This document shows, piece by piece, positions 1 to 10,194 of a DNA stretch of 64,000 nucleotides. The stretch comes from an uncultured Candidatus Saccharibacteria bacterium (GTDB lineage: Bacteria; Patescibacteriota; Minisyncoccia; Phycocordibacterales; UBA9973), in assembly GCA_964426555.1 (NCBI GenBank), contig CAYRQJ010000003.1:1229-65228 (forward strand), given 5' to 3'. The notes under the pieces were generated by a model. The model ran no database searches, was not told the DNA's origin, and worked only from the letters and a program-made list of their open reading frames with translations. Within the stretch, counting starts at the first letter, position 1; every line of letters starts with the position of its first letter. A program made the position numbers and the translations under genes.

Positions 1-174
1 ATTTTCTAATTCTTTCTTTTTACTATTTTTTTCATCATTAGTACGAATAAATGACCTGGCCATACCAAAAAACCCATAAAATACTAATACCAAAAGAACA
101 AAAAATACAGTAGTCCGAACAGCTATTGGTCTTGTTTGGCTGTTTTTATAAAGCTGGCGTAAATCCCTTATCAT
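1..174 (-). CDS. Hypothetical membrane protein (runs off the window)
   Basis: Hand translation from the ATG at 174: MIRDLRQLYKNSQTRPIAVRTTVFFVLLVLVFLWVFWYAR..., one hydrophobic stretch, open to the window edge. Confidence 0.5.
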   Translation of the reverse strand, partial: MIRDLRQLYKNSQTRPIAVRTTVFFVLLVLVFYGFFGMARSFIRTNDEKNSKKKELEN

Positions 175-191
175 GTGATATAGTATATAAT

Positions 192-299
192 ATGTTTAGC
201 ACAAAAGCACGAAAAAGATTACGCGTATTTTTTAGTATTGCAGTAGTTTTAATTATTATCAGTATGGTACTACTTTATGTACCTTCACTTTATCAATAA
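192..299 (+). CDS. Small single-TM protein (35 aa)
   Basis: Hand translation MFSTKARKRLRVFFSIAVVLIIISMVLLYVPSLYQ*; basic N-terminus plus TM; ends 2 nt before the glutaredoxin ATG. Confidence 0.55.
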   Translation: MFSTKARKRLRVFFSIAVVLIIISMVLLYVPSLYQ

Positions 300-301
300 A
301 T

Positions 302-541
302 ATGAAAAATATAACAATTTATAGCACACCAAGCTGTCATTTTTGCCACATGGCTAAAGAATACTTGACTGAAAAAAATATTCCTTATACAGACATTAAT
401 GTAGCCGAAGATGCAGAAAAAAGACAAGAAATGATAACTATGTCTGGGCAAATGGGTGTTCCAGTAATACGAATTGAAAATGATGTAATAGTTGGCTTTA
501 ATAAACCAATAATTGATGATTTATTAGGGCTTACTGCTTAA
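302..541 (+). CDS. Glutaredoxin-like protein (NrdH/YruB family)
   Basis: CHFC redox motif, GQMGVPVI, 79 aa. Confidence 0.9.
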   Translation: MKNITIYSTPSCHFCHMAKEYLTEKNIPYTDINVAEDAEKRQEMITMSGQMGVPVIRIENDVIVGFNKPIIDDLLGLTA

Positions 542-542
542 C

Positions 543-572
543 AAAAAAAACCGCATTAATGCGGTTTTTTGT
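543..572. terminator. Bidirectional rho-independent terminator
   Basis: AAAAAAAACCGCATTAATGCGGTTTTTT between the convergent glutaredoxin and tRNA-Arg genes. Confidence 0.8.
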
Positions 573-576
573 TTTG

Positions 577-648
577 TGTCCCCAGTATGAATCGAACACG
601 CATCTTTCCCTTAGGACGGGACTGCTCTATCCATTGAGCTATGGGGAC
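577..648 (-). tRNA. tRNA-Arg(CCT)
   Basis: Hand-folded cloverleaf GTCCCCA...TGGGGAC-A, anticodon loop GT-CCT-AA; mismatches in the anticodon and T stems. Confidence 0.85.
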
Positions 649-676
649 AATTTATGCTAGGTCTTGCCTAGCATAT

Positions 677-2476
677 TTATTTCTCGTTTCTGATCATTTT
701 TAAGAATACATCGTGTGGAATATTTACTTTACCAGCTTCTTGCATTTTCTTTTTACCTTTCTTTTGTTTCTCCCACAGCTTCATACGGCGTGTAATGTCC
801 CCACCATACATATGCTGAGTCACGTCTTTACGAAACGCATTTATAGATTCTGCAGCAATAATACGCCCCATGGCTTTGGCTTGCATTTTAATATTTATTT
901 GTTGGCGTGGCATGTGTTCTTTTAATGTCTCTACTGCTTGACGCGCTTCTTCGTCTACTCGTCTTCTTGAAACTATGCGAGTAAATGCCGGCACTACATC
1001 GTTATTTATTAAAATATCCAGTCTTATTACATCAGCTTGTCGATATTCTGCAAATTCATAAGCAATAGATCCATAACCCGATGTAATACTTTTTAGTTTA
1101 TCAAAAAATCCTCGCATTAATTCACGCAGTGGCATTATCAAAGTTATTTCATTTCTTGATCCTCCAAAATTTACTGTGTCCAGTATTTCCCCTTCATGGT
1201 CATATAGTAATGGCATAATCGGTGAAATATATTCCGGAGGTACAATAATTCTTGTCATTACCCAAGGTTCTAAAACTTTGGTCACACTACCATCGTCTGG
1301 AAACATTGTCGGAGTATAAATAATTTCTTCCACGTCACTACCCTTGCGAATAATATTGTACGCAATACTAGGTAGTGTAATTATTAAATCCAAATCAAAT
1401 TCACGGTGTAATCTTTCTGTAAGAATTTCCATATGTAGCATCCCCAGGAATCCACTACGGAATCCCCGCCCTAATACCAACGATGTCTCTTCTTCAAAGG
1501 CAAATGCTGCGTCTTCTAAATGAAGCCTTTCCAGGGCTGTTTTTAGCCCCGTAAAGTCATCTTGGCTTTCAGGGTAGATACTAGCCCAAACCACAGGTTT
1601 AGGCTGTGTATAGCCCGGTAATGGACTACAGGGCTGCTTTAAATCTATAATAGTGTCTCCAACTGAAGCTATTCCGGGCTTTTTAATCCCAGTCACAATA
1701 TAGCCAATTTCTCCAGCCGAAATCTTGTCTTTTTTAATTTCTTTTGGTGATAATATCCCCACTTCTATTGGGTTAAATTTCTCTCCAGTTATAGCTAATG
1801 CTAAATTTGCATTACTACTAAAAGACCCCTGAGTAACTCGAATAAACACAACTATACCTTTGTGTTCAGAATATTTAAAATCAAAAACTAATGCTTGCGG
1901 TGGCAAATCTAATGCTGTTTTATCTGAATCAGCAACAGGAATTTTTTTCACAATTTCTTCTAAAAGCTCTGGCACGCCGTCTCCTGTTTTTCCAGAAACT
2001 GCCAACACATCGTCTGGGTCAATATCCAGTAATTCAGCCATTTCAATTCTAATATCATCAGGCCGTGCTAATGGCGAATCAGTCTTTGTCATTACAGGGA
2101 TAATAACTCGTTTTAAATTCTTTGCCATTTCCAACGTAGTCAATGTTTGTGCTTGTACACCCTGAGTTGAATCAACTAACAATAAACATCCTTCTACTGC
2201 TTGCAATGCGCGAGAAACTTCATAAGAAAAATCAATATGTCCCGGAGTATCAATAAGATTTAAAACATACTGCTTGCCATCCCGCGCAGTATAGTTCATT
2301 CTTACTGGCTGCATTTTAATTGTAATACCACGTTCACGTTCCAGCTCCATGGAATCCAATACTTGGTCTTTCATTTCACGAGCTGTAATAGTTCCGGTAC
2401 GCTCAAGTAGCCTGTCGGCTAATGTCGATTTTCCATGGTCAATGTGGGCAATAATACTAAAATTCCTTATATTCAT
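677..2476 (-). CDS. lepA: Translation elongation factor 4
   Basis: IRNFSIIAHIDHGKSTLADR, DTPGH, C-terminal MYGGDITRRMKLWEKQKKGKK. Confidence 0.98.
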   Translation of the reverse strand: MNIRNFSIIAHIDHGKSTLADRLLERTGTITAREMKDQVLDSMELERERGITIKMQPVRMNYTARDGKQYVLNLIDTPGHIDFSYEVSRALQAVEGCLLLVDSTQGVQAQTLTTLEMAKNLKRVIIPVMTKTDSPLARPDDIRIEMAELLDIDPDDVLAVSGKTGDGVPELLEEIVKKIPVADSDKTALDLPPQALVFDFKYSEHKGIVVFIRVTQGSFSSNANLALAITGEKFNPIEVGILSPKEIKKDKISAGEIGYIVTGIKKPGIASVGDTIIDLKQPCSPLPGYTQPKPVVWASIYPESQDDFTGLKTALERLHLEDAAFAFEEETSLVLGRGFRSGFLGMLHMEILTERLHREFDLDLIITLPSIAYNIIRKGSDVEEIIYTPTMFPDDGSVTKVLEPWVMTRIIVPPEYISPIMPLLYDHEGEILDTVNFGGSRNEITLIMPLRELMRGFFDKLKSITSGYGSIAYEFAEYRQADVIRLDILINNDVVPAFTRIVSRRRVDEEARQAVETLKEHMPRQQINIKMQAKAMGRIIAAESINAFRKDVTQHMYGGDITRRMKLWEKQKKGKKKMQEAGKVNIPHDVFLKMIRNEK

Positions 2477-2490
2477 AGATATAATTTACT

Positions 2491-4089
2491 TTAGCTTCTC
2501 TTTGGTAAAAGTGCAAGCACTATGCGCCAAAATACATTTTTAAAATAAATAGCACTATTATTTAATTTTGAATTTGAACTTTTTAAATATATATAATATA
2601 TAAATAATATATAAATCCAAAATACTACAAAATATAATCCATACATTACATATACATTATTAAAATTATTATAAATAAAATTCATTAAAATTTTAGATAA
2701 CTTTACAGAAACAATAATCGTAAATAACCCGTATACCATAAACAACCATTCAGTTTTTATTGTTTTTTTGTATTTTATATTATAAATCAATAATCCTAAA
2801 AACATACTTAGAAACTGTGCCGCAGAATAAGCAATAGGGATAGCTAAAATTGCCCATTCTTTTGTGTTTGTATATTTATACAAGAAAAAAGAAAAAACAT
2901 AGGTAGTTAATGCTGATATAAAATTTGTAAATAAAGGTAGAAAATAATCACCCATAGCATATGCAGCTCTGGACATTAATAGAATCGTATTTTGAGCAAT
3001 TAAAGATATTGAGAAAATAAATAATGCTAACCCAGTATATACAACATCGTATATATTAAAATTACCACTACCAAAAAGGAAGTATATTATTTCATAATGA
3101 AACAAATAAAGAAAACCCGTTAATAACAATGAGATAATATAAATATTTCTAAAATTATAATTTAATATGCCCGTAAAATTCTCAATGTTTCCTTCGGTGT
3201 ATTCTTTTGCAAGCAAAGGTAATATAGTTGTAGCGTAAGATACTCCTGTTAATGTATGAAATACTGTTTGAATAGAAAACGCAATAGCAATAATAGTAAT
3301 ACTGCCTGCTGGATAAAGTGAAGCAAAGTAAGTGATCAAAAAAAATGTTACCGCAGATAAAGACAATGAAATAGTTCTCATTATAGACTTGGATAGCATT
3401 TCTCGAAGAATTGAAAAAGAAAATGATTTTAATAAAAATTTACCATAACCCAAAAATAAATTAGATTTTCTAATTTCTGGTAATTGAATACACAAATGCA
3501 TTATTGACCCCAAAACTACACCAATACATACACCCGTGATACCTAAAAATGGACGCAGCATAACAATTCCCAGTATAGTTCCCAGATTATACAACACTGG
3601 GGCTAACCCAACATGAATAAAATCTCTTTTGACTTGTGCAACACTGGAAATAATGGATGACATCGACAAGAATAACGTTGAAATCAACAAAATAGAACCA
3701 TATAGTATAATGTCGCGCTGAAAATCAATACTTGAATGTTTATATAAATTTGAAATTATTTTTGGTAAAAAAATTATTATAATTCCATATATAAATATAA
3801 AAAACAATAAAAAAGTAGTGAACAATTTTTGAAACCATATTCTTATATCATCTTCATATAATTTTTTTGAAAAATACGGAACCAATATTGCGCTACTTAC
3901 AAAAGAACCAACTGACAGATAAATAAATTCTGGAACTCTAAAAGCAGCATAATACGAGTCCAAAACAAATCCTGCCCCATAAATATGAGACAGGATTTTA
4001 TCACGAAGAAATCCCAGTAATTGTGAAATAAACGAGCTAATAGCAATAAAAAGAGTACTGTTACCAAGTATTGCTAATCTTCGTTTCAT
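2491..4089 (-). CDS. murJ: Lipid II flippase MurJ/MviN
   Basis: SQLLGFLRD...DSYYAAFRVPEF motif, multi-TM, 532 aa. Confidence 0.9.
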   Translation of the reverse strand: MKRRLAILGNSTLFIAISSFISQLLGFLRDKILSHIYGAGFVLDSYYAAFRVPEFIYLSVGSFVSSAILVPYFSKKLYEDDIRIWFQKLFTTFLLFFIFIYGIIIIFLPKIISNLYKHSSIDFQRDIILYGSILLISTLFLSMSSIISSVAQVKRDFIHVGLAPVLYNLGTILGIVMLRPFLGITGVCIGVVLGSIMHLCIQLPEIRKSNLFLGYGKFLLKSFSFSILREMLSKSIMRTISLSLSAVTFFLITYFASLYPAGSITIIAIAFSIQTVFHTLTGVSYATTILPLLAKEYTEGNIENFTGILNYNFRNIYIISLLLTGFLYLFHYEIIYFLFGSGNFNIYDVVYTGLALFIFSISLIAQNTILLMSRAAYAMGDYFLPLFTNFISALTTYVFSFFLYKYTNTKEWAILAIPIAYSAAQFLSMFLGLLIYNIKYKKTIKTEWLFMVYGLFTIIVSVKLSKILMNFIYNNFNNVYVMYGLYFVVFWIYILFIYYIYLKSSNSKLNNSAIYFKNVFWRIVLALLPKRS

Positions 4090-4091
4090 AA

Positions 4092-6485
4092 CTATTGTTG
4101 AACTTTGTCTGTTTTTTTAGTATCACCTTCTTTTTCGTCTTTTGGTGTTTCTTCAATTTTTTGGTTAGTTAAACTGCCACCTGCACTAAATGTAGCAATT
4201 AATTCATCAACTTTAGTTGTATCGTTTATATATTTTTTTACTGTTTCTAGTGTTCTAATTACTGAATCTCTGTCTCCCAGTTTTTCATAAGTTAAAGCTA
4301 AAGATGAATATGCGTCAATATAGTTAGGAGAAATAGATACTGCTTTTTCAAACATTCTAGCAGCAGAACTATAATCTTGTTTAGAAAAATAAAGTAATCC
4401 TTTTTGATAAGGCAAACTAGCACTACTTGGGTTATAAGTCATAGCTTTATCTATTTGACGATAAGCAGCATCAGTATCACCATTAACCAAATCAATTTGA
4501 GCTAATAATAAATAAGAATCTGAAATTGCTGGATTTATATTTATAATTTGGTTTATGTATTCTTTTGCTAAATCATAATCTTTTGCATTTACAGCAATTT
4601 GAGCTTTTTTGTAAATAAGCGTCATATTGTTTGGACTATATTCTAAACCTTTATCAATTATTGTAATTGCATCTTTGTATGTAGATTTATCTCCAAAATT
4701 TAACACCATTTCATTTACAGCACTTAGTGCCATATAGTTTTGGTAATTCTGGGGGTTATAAGCTATAGAAATCTTTGCACTATCTGCTGCAGATTTTATT
4801 CTGTTTTGCACTAATGTAGTTAATTTTTCTTGAGATATTGTTTTGTCATTCAAAGCATAATTTATAGCTAGTAAATTAATGTTTGATAAAGATCTGGCAT
4901 AAATATCAAGCGGATTAATACTGATAGCTTTTTGTATATAATATTCAGCTTGGGCCAAACCTTGTTCGTTTAATTGTTCAAGTGATGCTTTATTTACTAA
5001 ATATCCAGAATATATTGATCCAAAGATACTTAAAAATCCAAGAGCTACAGCCACCATCATTACAATAACACCTAATATTCCAAAAAAACTATGTCGTGGA
5101 TCATTTATAAATACAAATAATTTTGGACTTTTTTCTTTTATAGTATTGATATATGAAATAAACATTCCCCACAATGCAACACTGCTAATAAATAAAGCAT
5201 TGTTTGGGTTATCAAATAAAAACAAAACAAAAGTATAAGCAACCAATGCAGCGTATATTGTTAATTCTCTTGATTTTGATTTATTTACAAAATCAAAATT
5301 AAATATTGAAAAATATTTTAAAATAAATAAAATTACAAAATAAATTAATAGTAGTGAGCCAACAGCACCAATAGTAGTAATCAATGTGAAGAATAAACCA
5401 ATTGATTTATTAAACGAAGCATTCCAGTATTGTGTTTTAAAAAACTGACCACCAGATAATTTGTATTTACCAGATTCCCATGTTTGGTTATAACGATTTG
5501 GCCCAATTGATGTTACAGGATTATGCCAATAAGAATTTTTTATTATTTTAATAGAAGAAACCAAAGTTGGTCTTGGTTCACTATTTGTAAAATAAAATGG
5601 TTTTCCAGAAACAAGTTTTGCAATATTTCTAGCTCCAACAATTGCAACAAAAGAACAAATTAAAATAATAAATGCAAATTTTGAAAAACTACGTTTAATA
5701 GTTTGGTTTTCTGACCCATCAATTGTATTTTTGTCTATATTTTGAGTTGGCATTAATTTATATATAAACAACGACAAACCAACCATTCCTAAGATAAACC
5801 AAACAAATGTATAATTAAATATAAACAAATAAAATAAAGACAAGCCCATAAACACTAAAGACCATATCTTCATTGGTTTGTTCCAAAAATTCTTTTCAAG
5901 TGTAATGGTAATTAAAATAACAAATCCAGCAAGAAATATTGCCATGTCATTGTATGTTCCAATTAAATTAGAGTTAGTTAATGATATAAAAAATTTTGGG
6001 AATTTAGCTACATATGGAACAAAAATATTGATTGTAGAAAAAACCAAAGCAATAATACCAGTAAGATAGATAGTTTTTATTATTTTAGATATAAAATTAT
6101 AACCTTGACCCCAAAGAGAAATTAGAAATAAATAAATAAAAGCTATAGCAAGTGAAGCAACAGTTCCAAAATCAAAACCTGTTCCAAGTATGGAATTAGT
6201 TTTGTTAGGTAAAAAAAATGTTATAGCAGCAGTAGCTACAATACTTAAAAGAAGAACATAAATTAATCTTCCTCGTGGAAAAGCAAATCGTCCAACTGTA
6301 ATTGCATCCAAAAGCCATAATATTGTACCTAAAAAGGCTGCAGTGGTTAAAATAATACCTTTTGAAGCTATCATACCTAATGGTAAAAAAGGTATAAACA
6401 AAACTAAAGATATACCCAACGCCCAAAGCATTATTTGTAATCCTAATTTAGACATTTTTGTTAGAGCAAAACTATTTGTATCCAT
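4092..6485 (-). CDS. Polytopic membrane protein (O-antigen ligase-like TM region) with C-terminal TPR repeats
   Basis: About 12 TM segments followed by TPR-like helices (AYRQIDKAMTYNP, MFEKAVSISPNYIDAY). Confidence 0.75.
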   Translation of the reverse strand: MDTNSFALTKMSKLGLQIMLWALGISLVLFIPFLPLGMIASKGIILTTAAFLGTILWLLDAITVGRFAFPRGRLIYVLLLSIVATAAITFFLPNKTNSILGTGFDFGTVASLAIAFIYLFLISLWGQGYNFISKIIKTIYLTGIIALVFSTINIFVPYVAKFPKFFISLTNSNLIGTYNDMAIFLAGFVILITITLEKNFWNKPMKIWSLVFMGLSLFYLFIFNYTFVWFILGMVGLSLFIYKLMPTQNIDKNTIDGSENQTIKRSFSKFAFIILICSFVAIVGARNIAKLVSGKPFYFTNSEPRPTLVSSIKIIKNSYWHNPVTSIGPNRYNQTWESGKYKLSGGQFFKTQYWNASFNKSIGLFFTLITTIGAVGSLLLIYFVILFILKYFSIFNFDFVNKSKSRELTIYAALVAYTFVLFLFDNPNNALFISSVALWGMFISYINTIKEKSPKLFVFINDPRHSFFGILGVIVMMVAVALGFLSIFGSIYSGYLVNKASLEQLNEQGLAQAEYYIQKAISINPLDIYARSLSNINLLAINYALNDKTISQEKLTTLVQNRIKSAADSAKISIAYNPQNYQNYMALSAVNEMVLNFGDKSTYKDAITIIDKGLEYSPNNMTLIYKKAQIAVNAKDYDLAKEYINQIININPAISDSYLLLAQIDLVNGDTDAAYRQIDKAMTYNPSSASLPYQKGLLYFSKQDYSSAARMFEKAVSISPNYIDAYSSLALTYEKLGDRDSVIRTLETVKKYINDTTKVDELIATFSAGGSLTNQKIEETPKDEKEGDTKKTDKVQQ

Positions 6486-6548
6486 ATTTTATTATTTATT
6501 ATTAACTAACAAAGTATAACATAACGGGTATTAAATTTGTATTTAATT

Positions 6549-9137
6549 TTAAGACTTGACAACAAAGTTAATTAATTTTCCAGAAACATATATTGTTCTT
6601 ACTATTTCACCACTTTCAAGATAATGTTTTAATTTAGGGTCCATCATTATATGGCCCACTACTGTTTCTTGGTTACTTTCCGGAGGAACCAATATTTGCC
6701 CACGTAGTTTGCCATTTACCTGCATTACAATATTTATCATCTCCTTTCGTTCTTTTAGTTTTTTTACTTTTGGCCAAGAAATATTGTGTACTGATTTATT
6801 GCTACCAAAAATTTCAAATATCTCATCTGTAACGTATGGAGCAAATGGAGCTAGTATTTTTATAAATTCAATAAAATCTTCATTTGATATTTCAAAATTT
6901 TCTTTCTCTAAAATACCCATAAATATCATCATTCCCGATATTGCGGTATTAAATTTAAATTCATTTATATCGTTAGTGACTTTATTTACAGTGTCATTTA
7001 ATGCGTATAAAATATTTTCATTTGTTTTATGTTTATTTGTTAAAACATGTTGAGAGCCACGCCAAACACGTTCAATAAATCTACGAGACCCCATTATTCC
7101 TTGTTCATTCCATGGAAGATGCGAATCAAATGGTCCAAGAAACATTTCAAATACTCGTAATGTATCTGCCCCAAATGTTTTAATAACATCATCAGGATTT
7201 ATTACATTACCCCATCTTTTGCTCATTTTTCTACCATCTGCTCCACCAATCATACCTTGGTGTCTTAGTGCACGAAACGGTTCATCTGATTTTACAAAAC
7301 CTAAATCATGCATAACTTTATGCCAAAAACGTGCATATAGTAAATGCCCAGTGTTGTGCTCGGTACCACCTACATACATATCTACTCCACCATTTTTACC
7401 AAAGAAGTAATCTAAATTTTCATTACTTGCCATGGCTTTTTTATTTTGGGGATCAGTATAACGCATAAAATACCAACTTGACCCTGCCCAGCCAGGCATA
7501 GTGTTGGTCTCGTATCCTGCCTTTACCCAATCCGGTGAATTTACTAGTGGACTTTGACCATTACCCGATGGCTTAAATGATTTCAAATTTGGAAGTACTA
7601 ATGGTAATTTCTTTACTTCATGGATCACTCCATCAATACCCCGATATAGTGGAATAGGTTCACCCCAGTAACGTTGCCGGGCAAATATTGCATCACGCAT
7701 TTTGTATTTAGTAACTATTTTACCATTAACTTTTTTTGTAATTTCTTGTTTTGCCTCTTGTGAAGTTAAACCATTAAAACTAGAAGACTCCAATAATATT
7801 CCATACCCAGTATATAAATCATCTTCTGATTTAATAACTTTTTTAATAGGTAATTTATATTTATTTGCAAATTCAAAGTCGCGCTCGTCGTGTGCAGGTA
7901 CAGCCATAACAGCACCTGTTCCATAACTAGCTATTACATAGTCCGCTACCCATACAGGCACAACTTCATTATTAGCAGGATTTATTGCATACACTCCTTT
8001 TATTTCTATTCCAGTTTTTTCTTTATTATTTTGTCTTTCTTCTTCTGTTTTATTTTTTGTTTTTTCAATATAATTTTCTATTTCTTTTTTATTTACAGAT
8101 TTATTAATTAAAGATAAAACCAAATCATGTTCGGGGGCAATCACAACATAAGTAACCCCAAACAATGTATCAGCGCGTGTTGTAAAAACTTTTATTACAT
8201 CATTTGAATCTTTTATTTTAAAATCTATCTCACTACCCACGCTTTTACCTATCCAATTTCTTTGAGTTTCTTTTGTGGAATCAAGAAAATCTACATGATT
8301 TAGACCATCCAGTAGCCTGTCTCCATATGCACTAATTCGCATAAACCACTGGCGCATAGATTTCTTTGTAACAGGGTGTTCTCCGCGCTCAGACACTGGC
8401 CCAGTAGGTGTATCAATTATTTCGTCATTTGCTAGTACTGTACCCAATTCTTCACACCAATTTACTAACGCATTACCCTCGTACGCTAAACGGTAATTCA
8501 TTAAAATATTTTGTTTTTCAATTTTTGAAAAAGTTTTCCATTCTTTATTAGAAAATTCGGCTACATCACCATGCCAAGTAGTTTCATTTATAAATTTACT
8601 TCCAGATTTTTCAAAAACTTTAATTAGTTCGTCTATATGAATAGCTTTTTGTTTTTTTGTATCAAAATAACTATTATAAATCTTTAAAAATATTTCTTGA
8701 GTAAATTTATAATATTCGGGGCTGTGTGTTGTAACCATTCTGTCCCAGTCATAAGAAAAACCAATTATGGAAAGTTGTTTTTTATACTGCTGCACTAATT
8801 TATCAGTAAAAGGCCCTGGGTGCTTACCGGTTTTTATTGCGTATTGTTCAGCCGGTAAACCAAATGAATCAAAACCCATTGGATGCAGTACATTATAGCC
8901 TTGCATGCGCTTCATGCGTGCTAATACATCACTACCAATATAACCTCGTGGGTGACCCACATGTAATCCTGCTCCTGATGGATACGGAAACATATCTAAA
9001 ACATAATAAGGTTTTAAACCTTTTTTAATGGCAATTTTTGCATCTAATGTTTTATAAACATTATCTTTTTGCCATTTTGCCATCCATTTTTTTTCAATTT
9101 TTATATGATTATATTCTTCTACTTTTTTAACTTTCAT
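6549..9137 (-). CDS. leuS: Leucine--tRNA ligase
   Basis: MFPYPSGAGLHVGH (HIGH motif), KMSKR, editing domain TTRADT. Confidence 0.98.
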   Translation of the reverse strand: MKVKKVEEYNHIKIEKKWMAKWQKDNVYKTLDAKIAIKKGLKPYYVLDMFPYPSGAGLHVGHPRGYIGSDVLARMKRMQGYNVLHPMGFDSFGLPAEQYAIKTGKHPGPFTDKLVQQYKKQLSIIGFSYDWDRMVTTHSPEYYKFTQEIFLKIYNSYFDTKKQKAIHIDELIKVFEKSGSKFINETTWHGDVAEFSNKEWKTFSKIEKQNILMNYRLAYEGNALVNWCEELGTVLANDEIIDTPTGPVSERGEHPVTKKSMRQWFMRISAYGDRLLDGLNHVDFLDSTKETQRNWIGKSVGSEIDFKIKDSNDVIKVFTTRADTLFGVTYVVIAPEHDLVLSLINKSVNKKEIENYIEKTKNKTEEERQNNKEKTGIEIKGVYAINPANNEVVPVWVADYVIASYGTGAVMAVPAHDERDFEFANKYKLPIKKVIKSEDDLYTGYGILLESSSFNGLTSQEAKQEITKKVNGKIVTKYKMRDAIFARQRYWGEPIPLYRGIDGVIHEVKKLPLVLPNLKSFKPSGNGQSPLVNSPDWVKAGYETNTMPGWAGSSWYFMRYTDPQNKKAMASNENLDYFFGKNGGVDMYVGGTEHNTGHLLYARFWHKVMHDLGFVKSDEPFRALRHQGMIGGADGRKMSKRWGNVINPDDVIKTFGADTLRVFEMFLGPFDSHLPWNEQGIMGSRRFIERVWRGSQHVLTNKHKTNENILYALNDTVNKVTNDINEFKFNTAISGMMIFMGILEKENFEISNEDFIEFIKILAPFAPYVTDEIFEIFGSNKSVHNISWPKVKKLKERKEMINIVMQVNGKLRGQILVPPESNQETVVGHIMMDPKLKHYLESGEIVRTIYVSGKLINFVVKS

Positions 9138-9140
9138 AAA

Positions 9141-10151
9141 TTAATTTTTAGAGTTGGGTGGAAATTGAACTGGATCAATTTTTTTATCAAAACATGTGTA
9201 CCCTGATTTATGATTAATAAAGCCACTGTCTGATATCATGGAATTATAATTTGGAGTAATATTAGAACTTGTATTATCAGTACTAAATGTTGCACAAATT
9301 TTATAACTAGTATCAACTAAATAAATGTACTCAATTTTATTGTTTGAAGTAATATCAGGATCGAGATATCTATTAGTTTGAGAATAATATTGATTTGCGG
9401 TAATTAAATCATTAATATTTTTAGGTATGAAACCATGTGTCTGCCAATAATCCAACACATCTCTATTCATATTGTCTAATATAGTGACTCTTTGTTCGTC
9501 GAATTGCAATTTGCGTGTATTTTGTGGACTACCAAAAACAAAGAAAGTGCATACAATAGCAGATATAACAATTAAGAAAGAAGCAACTGCAAAAATTTTG
9601 ATAGTATTTGATTTTTCTGCAACATTTCTTCTTAAATCTGTTACATAATAACCACCCACGACTCCACTAACCAATAAAATACAAAGAACCTTAACAATAA
9701 ATCTAGTTGTAATTTCTCCTCTTAAAAAATATTGCAGCAATACAATTAAATCTGTAACTACCATTATACAAGCCAGAAAAATTGTAAGATATATTACGAA
9801 TTTTCTAAAACGTAACGATGCTCTTTCTGGATTCTTTTTTAATTGTTTATTTGTATAATAAGTTAGTAAAATAAAAATAGGAAAAGAAATAATAATAATA
9901 GACAAAGGAGTGCTAAGCGATGTAAGTCCATTAGAACTACTATTATATGAAGAATAATAACTAATTCCATCTAGTGCGTCAGGCAATGCTTTATTTAATA
10001 CACGGAAAATCATGTTTAGGAATGCAGAAACAGTAGAATATAAAGTAATTATTATTCCAAACCAAAGAAAAAATTCTTGATTACTTAATTTAGGTCTTTC
10101 AATGGTAACCGGAAATGGTTGTGGTATGGGTACGTTATTATAATTATCCAT
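9141..10151 (-). CDS. Membrane protein, DUF5671-like
   Basis: Multi-TM plus 'NTRKLQFDEQRV..L' and 'YKICATF', typical of this CPR family; start moved to the ATG at 10151. Confidence 0.65.
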   Translation of the reverse strand: MDNYNNVPIPQPFPVTIERPKLSNQEFFLWFGIIITLYSTVSAFLNMIFRVLNKALPDALDGISYYSSYNSSSNGLTSLSTPLSIIIISFPIFILLTYYTNKQLKKNPERASLRFRKFVIYLTIFLACIMVVTDLIVLLQYFLRGEITTRFIVKVLCILLVSGVVGGYYVTDLRRNVAEKSNTIKIFAVASFLIVISAIVCTFFVFGSPQNTRKLQFDEQRVTILDNMNRDVLDYWQTHGFIPKNINDLITANQYYSQTNRYLDPDITSNNKIEYIYLVDTSYKICATFSTDNTSSNITPNYNSMISDSGFINHKSGYTCFDKKIDPVQFPPNSKN

Positions 10152-10194
10152 AAATATTTTTGCATTACTTGTATTTATTAAGTATACTAAAGCT

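Noticed and set aside
6521-6530. TAACGGG half-site upstream of the TPR gene
   Set aside because: Only 7 nt match, no partner arm, and it does not abut an ATG.
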